This document shows positions 1 through 12,415 of a stretch of DNA of 44,030 nt, in pieces. The notes under the pieces were generated by a model. That model was not told the DNA's origin. It worked only from the letters and a program-made list of their open reading frames with translations, and did not search any database. The DNA is taken from positions 79,871,807 to 79,915,836 of the forward strand of contig NC_068985.1 of the NCBI RefSeq assembly GCF_001194135.2, given 5' to 3'. Made by a program: the position numbers and the translations under genes. The DNA comes from Octopus bimaculoides (taxonomy: Eukaryota). How positions within the stretch are numbered: position 1 is the stretch's first letter; every line of letters starts with the position of its first letter.

Positions 1-80
<80 letters not shown>

Positions 81-145
81 TTTGTATGTGTGTATATAAA
101 TATGTGTATATGTGTATGTATGTATGTATGTATGTATGTATATAC
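1..145. repeat. Compound microsatellite (TA)n-(TG)n-(TATG)n
   Basis: Read directly from the sequence. Confidence 0.95.
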
Positions 146-477
146 ATAGGGCCCCTTGTAGCACTAAAAACTTCCTAAACTCTAGCAATAACAAAATTAT
201 TAGCCATAATACAGTTTTAAACCACCCTTTCTAGTCTGATAAAAAATATGGTATGAGTTAGCTCCCTTTTCCCCGTAAGTTAGAGTTACCCCCTTCACCT
301 ACATCGCCGGCGATAATCCACTATAGACTATAAATAAATTGAGTACACACGTGCGAAAAAATGTGTTTAATCAAACTCGGAACCCCACACCAAAATAATA
401 TTTCACCCTGCTCTAATCACCCAACGAAACTAACCAGTCTATCACAATGAAACCTCTACCCAGCGAAATTACCAGCG

Positions 478-582
478 CTTGGTCGGCCCGCGGCTATAGT
501 AGAAGACACTTCCGCAAGGTGCCACGCAGTGGGACTGAACCCGGAACCATGTGGTTGGGAAGCCAGCTCCTTACCACACAGC
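478..582 (-). mobile_element. tRNA-derived SINE family A, 5' head only
   Basis: Reverse complement reads gctgtgtggtaaggagctggcttcccaaccacatggttccgggttcagtcccactgcgtggcacc..., with Pol III A-box-like and B-box-like motifs. The same head occurs at 7833, 30823 and 39107. Confidence 0.85.
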
Positions 583-835
583 TTTGTACTTTTTACAATT
601 TTACAATATTATATATTATTATCATACAAGTACTTTCATGGTCTACAATCTTCAGATTTATATAGTAATTGTATTAATCTACAGTTGTGAGTCACAATAT
701 CAACAGTGACAGTTATGTCTAAGGTACTGGGATAAATAGAACACATAAAAAGTAGTTGATGTGTGTGTGTGTGTCTGTCTCTGCATGTGCGTGCGCGTGT
801 AAGTGTGTGTATGTGTGTATATGTATGTGTCTAAC

Positions 836-1015
836 CTAGTGGTTAGGGCGTTGCACTCATGATCGTGACATCGTGGTTTCAATTCCTGGACTGCGTGCTG
901 CGTTTTGGTCTTGAGCAAAACACTTCATCTAATGTTGCTCTACGATCACCTCGATACCTGTCGAGTGGTACATCATACAGCTGTAGAGACAATGTCGATT
1001 TCATGGAGTGAGTGA
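836..1015 (+). mobile_element. tRNA-derived SINE: family B-type head with a different tail
   Basis: ctagtggttagggcg...ggtttcaattcc...cttgagcaaaacactt matches the head at 33973 and 37090; the 3' part diverges. Confidence 0.7.
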
Positions 1016-1119
1016 GAAAATGTACAGCAAAAAAATTTGATCACTACAAACAAAATATTCGTTCAAGTTGTTCAGCAATTGCGGAATCGTCTTTCTTAAA
1101 ATACGAGAGGCTACCATCA

Positions 1120-1169
1120 TATACATACATGCATGCATACATACATACACACATACATACATATGTATT

Positions 1170-1201
<32 letters not shown>

Positions 1202-1244
1202 TGTATGTATGTATATGTATGTGTGTATGTATGTATGTAGATTA

Positions 1245-1307
<63 letters not shown>
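1120..1307. repeat. Compound microsatellite (TACA)n-(TATG)n-(GATA)n
   Basis: Read directly from the sequence. Confidence 0.95.
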
Positions 1308-1308
<1 letters not shown>

Positions 1309-2286
1309 GAGAACCTGGTCACGTGTTAACTATAAGAATACAAAAAGTTTCTTCTATGCCACATACGTGCAGGAACAATCGTGAAGTCTCTTGATAAATC
1401 GTTTTACAATTTATTGACTGCTCTTCAGAAAAGACGTACCCATTTCCAGTGTAAAGTATTGGAGTAATGCGTTTGCATTTCTGTATTGTTATCGCTGTGG
1501 TTCTTTTTATTACTTAAATATATTTTGTACTGATGCATACTAAGTTGTGCATAATATATAAATTCTTTGATGTAGAAATTATATATATTAATTAACGAAG
1601 AGTTTATCAAAAGCACTAAAGCGCAAATCAGGCTATGAACTAGGGTGGTAGCATAAATTATAATTGTTTTATGAAGGAGATAAATATATTATGCTGTTGA
1701 TTAGAGAAGAAAATCGGGTATTTTAGCTCTGGTTAGATATGAGGTGGCATCAAAGACATAAAAGGATTTTTAAAAATATTTATATATTTCTCTCATAGCA
1801 ATGTTTTATCATATTTACATATATTTCAGTTTTCAGCACGTCTGGTTTATGCTATGTTCTGCATAATACACACACACATACATACATACACATGCACATG
1901 CATATATACATACACAAATTCGTACACCCAACACACATACATATATATTTATGTGTGCGTATATGTATATACGTAAGTACGTATGTATTTGTGTACGATG
2001 TATGTATTCGTGTACGATGTATGAATGCATGTACGTATGCATGCGTGTATGTGTGTGCATCTAATCTTAACAGGTTCTGCAAAACTTTAAGTAGCTGATA
2101 TCGCTTCTCCACGATATAATGTTTTTGCCTGTGGTTACGTGTGTGTATAGTAAAGAAACAAGAATGGACAGCTCAAAGCATTGCTACTCGCGTTTCAATA
2201 GGGTGATTATTTGTTCAACAATGTGTAATAATTGGGTGGTATTACATAATATATCAATATTGCATTACGGTACCATTTCATAAGGC

Positions 2287-2287
<1 letters not shown>

Positions 2288-2354
<67 letters not shown>
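2288..2354. repeat. (GATA)n microsatellite
   Basis: Read directly from the sequence. Confidence 0.95.
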
Positions 2355-2355
<1 letters not shown>

Positions 2356-2469
2356 CCAGAAGACCCAAGGTGGCAGGTAACGCTATGTAAGTGCTGTTGA
2401 AGGAACATAGTTAAACTCTCGGTTCGATAATGATATGAGTGAGGAGTATAATGCGGATCTTGTAAGAGC

Positions 2470-2900
2470 ATGTATATGTTAAATAAAATGAGACAACAAA
2501 GTCAAGGCTGTGTGGAAGTTTCAGGACATTTATAAAGAGAAAGTTAGTCTTACTGCTGCTTCTAGGACATTAGGGATATCCCTTCATCAGAGACGATGTG
2601 AAATGGTTAAATGGAGGGAAATATTAGAGTTCAATATGAGGAGTTATTTTGGAAAAGGAAGCAAAAAAGCAGTATATAGAGAAATAGGAGAATGAATGTA
2701 GAAATAAAATTAAAAATGTATAAAGATGTTATAGTTGCAGTTCCATTCTCCAAGGAAGTGGTGTGTAGAAGTGGTAGAAATGCTTCCTGTCTCTGGTATG
2801 TACATTCCAATAGGAGGTCATATTTTGTCATCACAAATGGTAAGTGTGGAGACGTAGATTCCATGTGCTGTTCATTCAAAGGGGTTTTGTGGTGTGAATG
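2470..2900 (-). mobile_element. Probable Penelope-like element terminal-repeat fragment
   Basis: Contains a hammerhead-like core of the minimal type I form typical of Penelope-like repeats. No RT or GIY-YIG coding sequence is recognisable, and the boundaries are approximate. Confidence 0.35.
2547..2594 (-). ncRNA. Degenerate type I hammerhead ribozyme motif
   Basis: Minus strand: gtct-CTGATGA-agggatatccctaatgtccta-GAAG-cagca-GTA-agac. Stem I gtct/agac, a 7-bp stem II with two G.U pairs; GAAA is mutated to GAAG. Confidence 0.5.
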
Positions 2901-3226
2901 AAAATTTGAGAATGTAGTAGTAGTATTAAGTGGATAGAGAGGAGAGAAGAGATGTGTATGTTAAAATAAAGAGAGAGGTCAAAGGAAAAGGTGAGAAAAG
3001 AAGAAGGAAAGAAAGAGGAAGAGAAAATGAAAAATGACCCTTTAGTAGGTTAAGTGAGATTGGTGGGAAGATGGGGCTAACAGAAAAAAGCCACAACATA
3101 TGTATTAGGGCAGTAAAGGGTAAACTGGATCCAATATTTGCAAAGGTAAGCAGAGTGGACTCCACTAAGGGACCTGAAGACCTAGAGTTTCCAGTTTCTG
3201 CACTGATCAATAGACTAGTGGTTTAA

Positions 3227-3249
3227 CAGAGAGAGAGAGGGGAGAGAGG

Positions 3250-3297
<48 letters not shown>

Positions 3298-3346
3298 GAC
3301 AGAAACAGACGGAGAGTGACAGAGAGAAAGTGGTACAGAGACAGCG

Positions 3347-3377
<31 letters not shown>

Positions 3378-3524
3378 AAAAAATAAATGAATAAATGAAT
3401 AAATGAATGAATGAATGAATGAAAAATTAGCAGAGTGACGCTTAGATAGAATGGAAAGAAGACAAAGATGAAGGAAAGTTGGAGAAAAAGAAATAAAATC
3501 CGATGCAATGAAAAGAGAGAGAGA

Positions 3525-3581
<57 letters not shown>
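3227..3581. repeat. Purine-rich compound microsatellite (GA)n, (GACA)n, (GAAA)n, (GAAT)n
   Basis: Read directly; runs into an N-gap. Confidence 0.9.
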
Positions 3582-4380
3582 NNNNNNNNNNNNNNNNNNN
3601 NNNNNNNNNNNNNNNNNNNNNNNNNNNNNNNNNNNNNNNNNNNNNNNNNNNNNNNNNNNNNNNNNNNNNNNNNNNNNNNNNNNNNNNNNNNNNNNNNNNN
3701 NNNNNNNNNNNNNNNNNNNNNNNNNNNNNNNNNNNNNNNNNNNNNNNNNNNNNNNNNNNNNNNNNNNNNNNNNNNNNNNNNNNNNNNNNNNNNNNNNNNN
3801 NNNNNNNNNNNNNNNNNNNNNNNNNNNNNNNNNNNNNNNNNNNNNNNNNNNNNNNNNNNNNNNNNNNNNNNNNNNNNNNNNNNNNNNNNNNNNNNNNNNN
3901 NNNNNNNNNNNNNNNNNNNNNNNNNNNNNNNNNNNNNNNNNNNNNNNNNNNNNNNNNNNNNNNNNNNNNNNNNNNNNNNNNNNNNNNNNNNNNNNNNNNN
4001 NNNNNNNNNNNNNNNNNNNNNNNNNNNNNNNNNNNNNNNNNNNNNNNNNNNNNNNNNNNNNNNNNNNNNNNNNNNNNNNNNNNNNNNNNNNNNNNNNNNN
4101 NNNNNNNNNNNNNNNNNNNNNNNNNNNNNNNNNNNNNNNNNNNNNNNNNNNNNNNNNNNNNNNNNNNNNNNNNNNNNNNNNNNNNNNNNNNNNNNNNNNN
4201 NNNNNNNNNNNNNNNNNNNNNNNNNNNNNNNNNNNNNNNNNNNNNNNNNNNNNNNNNNNNNNNNNNNNNNNNNNNNNNNNNNNNNNNNNNNNNNNNNNNN
4301 NNNNNNNNTTTGACTGCGGCCATGCTGGAGCGGTGTGGTGAAGCAATTCTTGCTGAACCCTAATTTTAAGTATGCATATA

Positions 4381-4411
<31 letters not shown>

Positions 4412-4446
4412 ATATATGCTTACCTATGTATGTATCTATCTATATA

Positions 4447-4500
4447 TACTCTTTTACTCTTTTACTTGTTTCAGTCATTTGACTGCGGCCATGCTGGAGC
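4447..4500 (-). mobile_element. SINE family A 3' terminus
   Basis: tactcttttactcttttacttgtttcagtcatttgactgcggccatgctggagc is the reverse complement of the tail at 15235-15290 and near-identical to 29070. Confidence 0.85.
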
Positions 4501-4608
4501 GGTGTGGTGAAGCAATTCTTGCTGAACCCTAATTTTAAGTATGCATATATGTGTGTGTGTGTGTGTGTGTGTTTGTGTGTATACTTACATATACACACAT
4601 ATATATAA

Positions 4609-4609
<1 letters not shown>

Positions 4610-4643
<34 letters not shown>

Positions 4644-4668
4644 TAATCAAACAGACAGACAGACAGAC

Positions 4669-4741
<73 letters not shown>
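4610..4741. repeat. (GACA)n-(GATA)n microsatellite
   Basis: Read directly from the sequence. Confidence 0.95.
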
Positions 4742-4743
<2 letters not shown>

Positions 4744-5253
4744 GGGATGAACGGGTCATAAACTATATCTATATGTGATTGTGAAATCGTGAATGAAGAA
4801 TGAGTATGGGTGTGTGGAGGAACAGAAAGTGCATTAAAAAATTTGTGTATAAACATAATGGCATAATAATGATAATAATAGATCGGAAAGAAGTAAATCA
4901 AATAGCAGAGCTGATAATTGCTATTTTGGCGTCATCAGATCAAACTGACCCAGTACTTGTCCCCACTAGCAATTGGAAAATGTCAAAGAAGGAAGGAAGG
5001 AGGGTTTAAGAGGGTAAGAAAAAAAAAGAATACCAGAAAGGAGGGAGGGAAGAAAACAAGAAAGAAAAATAGAAGAAGAAACAGAAGAAAGGAAGAAGGG
5101 GAAAAATAAGGGAATAATTGGAGAGGTCATGTTGTATCTGTAGTAAAGACAAATCGATCTGGAAAGATGGGTTGCTGAAAGGAGGAGGGGGAAGGAAATA
5201 TTAGAGGGAACGCTAGAAAGAATGGCAGAAATGAAAGGTTGGAAGGAAGAGAT

Positions 5254-5255
5254 GA

Positions 5256-5313
<58 letters not shown>

Positions 5314-5486
5314 AAGAGAGTAAAGGAAAGAAAGACAATAGAAAGGACTACATATCGATCTGGACATATTGTTTATCGAAGAGGGAAACCCTCTCCAAAA
5401 ACAAGTAAAAGATATACAGAATGAAAGATACGAAGAAAGAAATAAAGGCGGAAAGAAAGAAATAAAGGCGGAAAGAAAGAAAAGAA

Positions 5487-5550
<64 letters not shown>

Positions 5551-5630
5551 AATAAAGAAGGAAATAAAGAAAAAAGAAAGGAAGAAGGAGAGGGCGGGAG
5601 GAGGCCATAAAGAATGAAAGAAAGACGTAA
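5254..5630. repeat. (GAAA)n-rich low-complexity tract
   Basis: Read directly; explains the KERK/FFLS ORFs. Confidence 0.9.
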
Positions 5631-6207
5631 NNNNNNNNNNNNNNNNNNNNNNNNNNNNNNNNNNNNNNNNNNNNNNNNNNNNNNNNNNNNNNNNNNNNNN
5701 NNNNNNNNNNNNNNNNNNNNNNNNNNNNNNNNNNNNNNNNNNNNNNNNNNNNNNNNNNNNNNNNNNNNNNNNNNNNNNNNNNNNNNNNNNNNNNNNNNNN
5801 NNNNNNNNNNNNNNNNNNNNNNNNNNNNNNNNNNNNNNNNNNNNNNNNNNNNNNNNNNNNNNNNNNNNNNNNNNNNNNNNNNNNNNNNNNNNNNNNNNNN
5901 NNNNNNNNNNNNNNNNNNNNNNNNNNNNNNNNNNNNNNNNNNNNNNNNNNNNNNNNNNNNNNNNNNNNNNNNNNNNNNNNNNNNNNNNNNNNNNNNNNNN
6001 NNNNNNNNNNNNNNNNNNNNNNNNNNNNNNNNNNNNNNNNNNNNNNNNNNNNNNNNNNNNNNNNNNNNNNNNNNNNNNNNNNNNNNNNNNNNNNNNNNNN
6101 NNNNNNNNNNNNNNNNNNNNNNNNNNNNNNNNNNNNNNNNNNNNNNNNNNNNNNNNNNNNNNNNNNNNNNNNNNNNNNNNNNNNNNNNNNNNNNNNNNNN
6201 NNNNNNG

Positions 6208-6770
6208 GGAGGAGGAAGGGGAGGACGAGGAGGACGAGGAGGAGGACGACGAGGAGGAGGAGGACGAGGAGGAGGAGGAGGAGGAGGAGGACGAGGAGGA
6301 GGAGGACGACGACGACGACGACGATGATGATGATGACTATGATGATGATGATGACGATGACGATGATGACTGCGATGATGATGATGATGATAAGGGTGCT
6401 GTGATGACTATGGATAATGAGTAGGGTGGTATAAGTCATGAGTGTTACTGTAAAGACAGTGTCGGTGGTGGTGGTGGTCATGGTATAGGGGACGGCTAGG
6501 GAGTACTTTCAGTAGTGAAGGCGATAGTAGTAGTCAAGGCGATAGTGCAAAAGTTAGTAGTAGTAGTAGTAGCAGTAGTAGTAGTAGTAGTAGTAGTAGA
6601 AGTGTCAGCGATGGTGGTGACCGTTGCGGCGGCTGTATTGGATGTGATGGTAGAATTGCGGAGAAAAGTCATTTTGTGAAAGATGATTACATTTTAATCG
6701 GCAGAGTTCAGAATTGTTGCCGTTGTAATTGTTATTGTTTTTTGTTGTTGTTGCTGATGTTGTTGGTATT
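6208..6770. repeat. Compound trinucleotide tract (GGA)-(CGA)-(TGA)-(GGT)-(AGT)-(GTT)
   Basis: Read directly from the sequence. Confidence 0.9.
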
Positions 6771-7197
6771 TTATTCTTGTGAACAGTGACGTTGCTTTCA
6801 TCATTGTTTTCTGTTGTTTACCAACAGGTCAGTCTTGGTCAAGCAGACACATGGTCAAATTGGCATTCCACCCTGCAATGGTTTTCAGGAACTTCGTTGC
6901 CTAATATACTATTCGTTTTTAAGATGATAGTCTGTAATTTAAAGGAAATTTGGTGGCTATTTCTAGCCAGTCGACCGGCCTTGTAGAGGCTCCAGTGCCG
7001 CTATTGTAGTTCACGACAGTGTTCTCGTCAACATAGTTATGTTGTTTACATGACTTTATGCTAATGTATGTACGTACGTACATAAGTATATATGCACGTT
7101 TGTATGTATCTATGCATGTATGTATGTACGTATGTATTTGTATGCATGCATGCATGCATGTATGTATATATATGTGTGTGTATATATATCTATAATG

Positions 7198-7229
<32 letters not shown>

Positions 7230-7450
7230 TACATATATAGTTCAAATTTACAGAAAACAAAAGACGAAAACTGGTGAAGGAACAACAAGCGTGTGTATTA
7301 GTTTAACGCTCGGGAAGAATGGAAAGGTCTTTGCCGTTTCCAGCTTGAGCTCTTCGACAGAAAGGATTAGGGGGGGGGGAACGGAGAGAGAATGCAAAAA
7401 AAAAACGAGAGAGAAAAAAACGTGTAGGGATTAATGGTTCAACATGATGA

Positions 7451-7508
<58 letters not shown>

Positions 7509-8289
7509 GTATGTGCATTGATATTTCTGTGTGTGTGGATCAACATGTACATTTTGTATATACATGTACATGCAGTTAGCAAGAATGATATCGCCATTAA
7601 ACGCCAACATTCACATTGCAATAAATCAAGAAACAAAGTTACTAACAGAAATAAGGATCCTCAGTGTTGTTAATGTACTCCGATAAAGCAGGATAGATCA
7701 AACCATGTACTAAATGCAGGATTTGTACTAATTCCTGCATTTAGTGCAAATGATATCACTACAAAACAATATGGGATTTAAATGCTAATACGGTACAACA
7801 CATTAGAAATACAAACAACCAAGATGAAAACCGGTGTGGCCAGAAACTTGCTTCCCAAATATATGGTTCCTTGTTCAGTCTAACTGCATAGCACCTTGGA
7901 CAAGTGTCTTCTATTATATCCTGGGGCCAACAAAAGCCTTGTGCGTGGATTTGGTAGACGGAAACTGAAAAAAGCCCCGTCGTAAATAGTATATATNNNN
8001 NNNNNNNNNNNNNNNNNNNNNNNNNNNNNNNNNNNNNNNNNNNNNNNNNNNNNNNNNNNNNNNNNNNNNNNNNNNNNNNNNNNNNNNNNNNNNNNNNNNN
8101 NNNNNNNNNNNNNNNNNNNNNNNNNNNNNNNNNNNNNNNNNNNNNNNNNNNNNNNNNNNNNNNNNNNNNNNNNNNNNNNNNNNNNNNNNNNNNNNNNNNN
8201 NNNNNNNNNNNNNNNNNNNNNNNNNNNNNNNNNNNNNNNNNNNNNNNNNNNNNNNNNNNNNNNNNNNNNNNNNNNNNNNNNNNNNNNNN

Positions 8290-8318
<29 letters not shown>

Positions 8319-8322
<4 letters not shown>

Positions 8323-9645
8323 GGTTGGACAAAATAATGGAAACACCTAGCATCATAGCATCATAATTTTGAAATATCTATAAAACTGTCAAAAGCTTGT
8401 TTATTTTTATGTTTTTTCATTTATTATTAGTGTTGCGTAATGTTTTGCTAAAATTGCTGTTTCTTTTCATATATCATCAGAAAAAGGTAATTGAAATTTA
8501 TCAAAATGACAAATTTATCGGACTTTCAAAGAGGTCAAATTAATTGTTGGTGCTTGTATGGCAGTCGCTAGCGTAACGAAAATAGCCGAAATGTGTGGTG
8601 TATCAAGATGTATTGTCTCGAAAGTAATGACAGCCTTTGAGAAAGAGGGAAAAACCTCCTCGTTAAAGCAAAACTCCGGAATAAAACCAAAACTTTCAAA
8701 TAGGGATCGTCGGACTCTTACGCGAATTGTTAGAAAGGATCACAAAAGTAGATCTCCAAAAATTAATGCAGAGCTTAATGACCACCTCGAGAATCCAGTT
8801 TCCACAAAAACTATTCGCCGGGAGCTGCACAAAACCAGATTTCACGAGAGGGCTACAATCAGAAAACCACTACTTTCAAAAACAAACGTTGCAAAACATT
8901 TAGAGTGGAGTAAAAACCTACAGAATTGGTCCCTAGAGCAGTGGAAGAATATTATTTTCTCTAACGAGTCATCCTTTACCTTATTTCCGACCACCGGCCG
9001 AGTATACGTGTGGAGACAGCCAAAAGAAGCATTTAACCCAGACTGCCTTCTTCCAACTGTTAAATATGGAGGAGGATCTGTAATGATCTGGGGGGCTACA
9101 TCTTGGAAATCTGCCGGCCTAATGGTTTCCCTTCAAGGAAGAATTAATATTCAAGACTATTTAAGCATTTTATCTGATCAAATTCGTCCTATGGTTGCTG
9201 AACTGAGGGAAACGCAATCTTTCAGGATGATAATGCACCAATTCACACAGCTAAAGTTGTTGCTGAATGGCACGATGAACATTCTAGTGAAGTNNNNNNN
9301 NNNCTAAAGTTGTTGCTGAATGGCACGATGAACATTCTAGTGAAGTTGAACATCTTATCTGGCAACCACAGTCCCCAGATCTCAATATTATTGAATTTAG
9401 TGTATTTTAGTGCATTTTAGAAAAACAAGTAAGGAGTCGATATCCTTCACCATCATCACTACAAGAACTGGAGACTGTTTTAGCTGAAGAATGGACAAAA
9501 ATTCCTTTGGAGACAATTCAAACTTTGTACAAGTCCATACCTCATAGAATTCAAACTGTATCTACTGCCAAAGGCGGTCCTACTCCATATTAAAACATAT
9601 TTGTTTGAAACTTTAAGGTGTTTCCATTATTTTCTCCAACCCCTA
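8319..9645 (+). mobile_element. Tc1/mariner DNA transposon with DD36E spacing (Incomer-like)
   Basis: 30-bp TIRs cagaggttggacaaaataatggaaacacct (8319-8348) and aggtgtttccattattttctccaaccccta (9616-9645), 27/30 matching, flanked by TA; encodes a transposase remnant. Confidence 0.93.
8506..9593 (+). pseudogene. Disrupted Tc1-family transposase
   Basis: MTNLSDFQRGQI.., paired-like HTH region, FSNESSF (first catalytic D replaced by N), TVKYGGGSVMIWG, FQDDNAPIH, QSPDLNIIE and C-terminal KGGPTPY*. Frameshifts near 8540 and 9207. Confidence 0.92.
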
Positions 9646-9660
9646 TATGTATTTATATAT

Positions 9661-9709
<49 letters not shown>

Positions 9710-11199
9710 CAAGCATATATATCCCCGCCATCGCTTGATAACAGGTGCTGGTGTGTTTATGTTCCCGTAACTTACCGGTTAGGCAAAAGAGGCCGATAGA
9801 ATAAGTACTAGGCTTACACAGAATAAGTGCTGGGCTCGATTTCTTCAACTAAAACTTTTCAAAGCGGTGTCCCAGCGTGGTTGTAGTCAAATGACTGAAA
9901 CAAATAAAAGAATAATAGAATAATAGAAAATACATCCAGTAGCCCTCCCGCTAAGCTATTTCTCTGGTAACAACACGTTCATATGCTCCAGTGTAATATC
10001 GTTATAGCGTTGCAAAGATTTCAATGCACACAACGCATTCTGGTACAGACCAATACATATATAACATGAATTGAAACAATATCATAACTAAAAGTATTTT
10101 ACGTCCTGAGCACCCTATACCAGTACACCCGCACACACACACGCATATATAATATTGCTTGAACTCCGCTAAACAATTGTAGAAATTTCAAAAAAATATT
10201 TATTCTACATTTGTACAGAACAAATATAATCGGAATAAATCAGTTAAAATACCTAGCTCGATTGTAATTTATACGATCTTAAAGACTACGGGTGACAGAA
10301 GTAATACGCACCGTTAAACAACTAAGAAATTAAACAAAGAAAAACTAAAGAAAAATAAAAGGGAAAAACGGATAAATTGTAAAACAAACAGCAAACTTAT
10401 TATTTTGATAATTAGCCACGATCAACAATTCTATAAACGGTCACAAGACACCACACATCGAACCAATTTTAAACAAAGCAAATTTAAGTAACATTCTGAC
10501 ACTTCAACTGCAAGCAAACTTATCGAAGCACATTTCCAAAATCAGTTACCAAACAAATTACACGTGCATGCACACGTGCGCATGGGCACGCACACACACA
10601 GACACACCACACCACACACACCACACACGCGCGCACACACTACATAGACACACTCACACACACAGAACAGTAACCTTGACCTTCCATCAGATACCAAACA
10701 ATATATATAGGGAGCCTCACCAGTGCTCGAGTAGCTCGTAGTCACTTCCCAATATGTCCAGGAAGAATTTTAACAATTCTAAAATTCAAAAGAAAAAAAA
10801 TAAAGAAGAAAATTACCGATCATAAGCACCACACAAACCAATCCTTTTGTCATGTATTGCCTTAAAACCCCATTGCATACACTCATCTGTCCAAATCAGA
10901 AACAAAATTCATTCTACACCTCTTGACCACTCTACTACTTACATCTGGTGGGAAGGCTTCGGCGGTCAAGTTTGACTATTCATCTGCGCATGTTCAGGCT
11001 TGGGTAAAGTATTTTTGAGTAAGACTTGCAGTTGTCCATGGATGTAAATCTCTTCGCTCCATGCCACCGATGTTTATCCAAAAGAAAGGGCCGCTGAGCT
11101 GGACACCTGTGTCATCGCAGTTGTTACTGTCAGAATGCAAAGAACTGGAACAAATACCGCAAGGCATCTTTTGTAATCCCCTAACTGCTCCATCATTCC

Positions 11200-11345
11200 A
11201 ATAGCATATTTTGTTATCGACACTGAAACGATGATGAAAGACAAAGCTGACCTCGGTAAGATTTGAACTCAAAGTGCAGAGAATCGAAACAAATACCACG
11301 TGTCATTCTATACAACGCTCTGATAGCTCTACTAATTCGGTGTCT
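11200..11345 (-). mobile_element. tRNA-derived SINE family E fragment
   Basis: gatgaaagacaaagctgacctcggtaagatttgaactc is the reverse complement of the gagttcaaat...gactttgcctttcatcc motif at 28770 and 34905. Confidence 0.7.
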
Positions 11346-12309
11346 ACTTACAGAACCATAAACAAATAATACACGCCAGTTTCAACCGCAGTATAAAACA
11401 AAAATTACGCACGCAGTCCTAACGGTTAGATACATATGCAAGTTTTTCTGTTGAAATTGCTTAACACTTCTATACGAGATAAAACAAAACACGAGTCAAC
11501 TATTTTTTTTTTTTTTTTTTTTTTTGGTAACGATGTCTATGTGATGTACAATGAAACATTTAGAACCCGTAATAGACTGAAAGGTGTGCTACAAAGATCC
11601 GTTTTCACCACCTCACTTTTACCAGCATGACGCTCCCATACCTTAACAAAGTATTCATTTTCAGGCTCATACGTAGATGATATCACAGTCACCTTCCATC
11701 TTTCGCCAGTGACAGCAATATAACTACTCTGACAATATATCAATCATCGAGAAAATGGGCTTCAAAGGGATTAAAAGTAACACCTACAAAATGCAAGTTT
11801 TCCTTTTGCTATTTTCACTGTTGAATAGCAACACATCAAATACAAACAACCAGCATATTCAGCAATATAATTATACCACACGCAAAAGTAATATTAGGAA
11901 TTACATACAAAACGTCGTCAAAATTCACAATACGCAATATAGTGAAACAACCAAAATGACACTCAAACATAGAGCACTGATGCGCACCACATTTAGCTAA
12001 CAGAACGAAGCAGTGATTCGATACCTCATTGATTATGACTGTCGTGTCTGGATCTCATTGACCGAATGGACCAACAAAGAAAGCAAAACAATGCGCTTTG
12101 CTTTATTACCGGCTACATCAACAAACAAATGAAACAAACCACGCAAAATGAAAGACCACCTGGACATGCAAGAGACGCAGTTTGTTACTGTAAGAAACTT
12201 TAATTTACACAGTATTTGTCACTGCAGATGCAGTGACCTTCAAGCAAATTCATATAAAACATCCCAGAACAGTGATATATTGATTTCAAATTTTAGCACA
12301 TGACCAGCA

Positions 12310-12415
12310 ATTTCGGGAGAGAGATAAGTTGATCGCATCGACCCCAGTGTTCAACTAATACTTATTTTATCGATCCTCAAAGGATGAAAGACAAGGTCGA
12401 TCTCGGTGGGAAAAA
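12310..12415 (-). mobile_element. SINE family E 3' fragment
   Basis: atcgaccccagtg...aaggatgaaagacaaggtcgatctcgg matches the reverse complement of 28780-28860. Confidence 0.7.

Larger units (their letters stand above)
7833..9930 (+). mobile_element. SINE family A copy split by a Tc1 insertion (head 7833-7996, 3' half 9721-9930)
   Basis: The head and 3' half match the uninterrupted copy at 30823-31190. Both halves are on the + strand and the central TA microsatellite holds the transposon. Confidence 0.8.

Noticed and set aside
4309-4570. About 90-bp direct duplication (4309 and 4478 onward) beside a gap
   Set aside because: Essentially identical copies that abut a gap edge and end in (TG)n; most likely an assembly overlap artefact.
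3207-6481. Long ORFs spanning N-gaps and repeats (also 13868-15147, 29180-30058, 38140-38772)
   Set aside because: They are open only because of Ns and stop-free microsatellites; there is no coding signal.
9251-9346. Exact 43-bp duplication around a 10-N gap inside the Tc1 transposase
   Set aside because: Classic unmerged contig overlap; removing it restores the reading frame.
12180-12220. Minus-strand aatactg resembling the miR-8/miR-200 seed in a weak stem
   Set aside because: The rest does not match the mature miRNA, and the hairpin is too short for a precursor.
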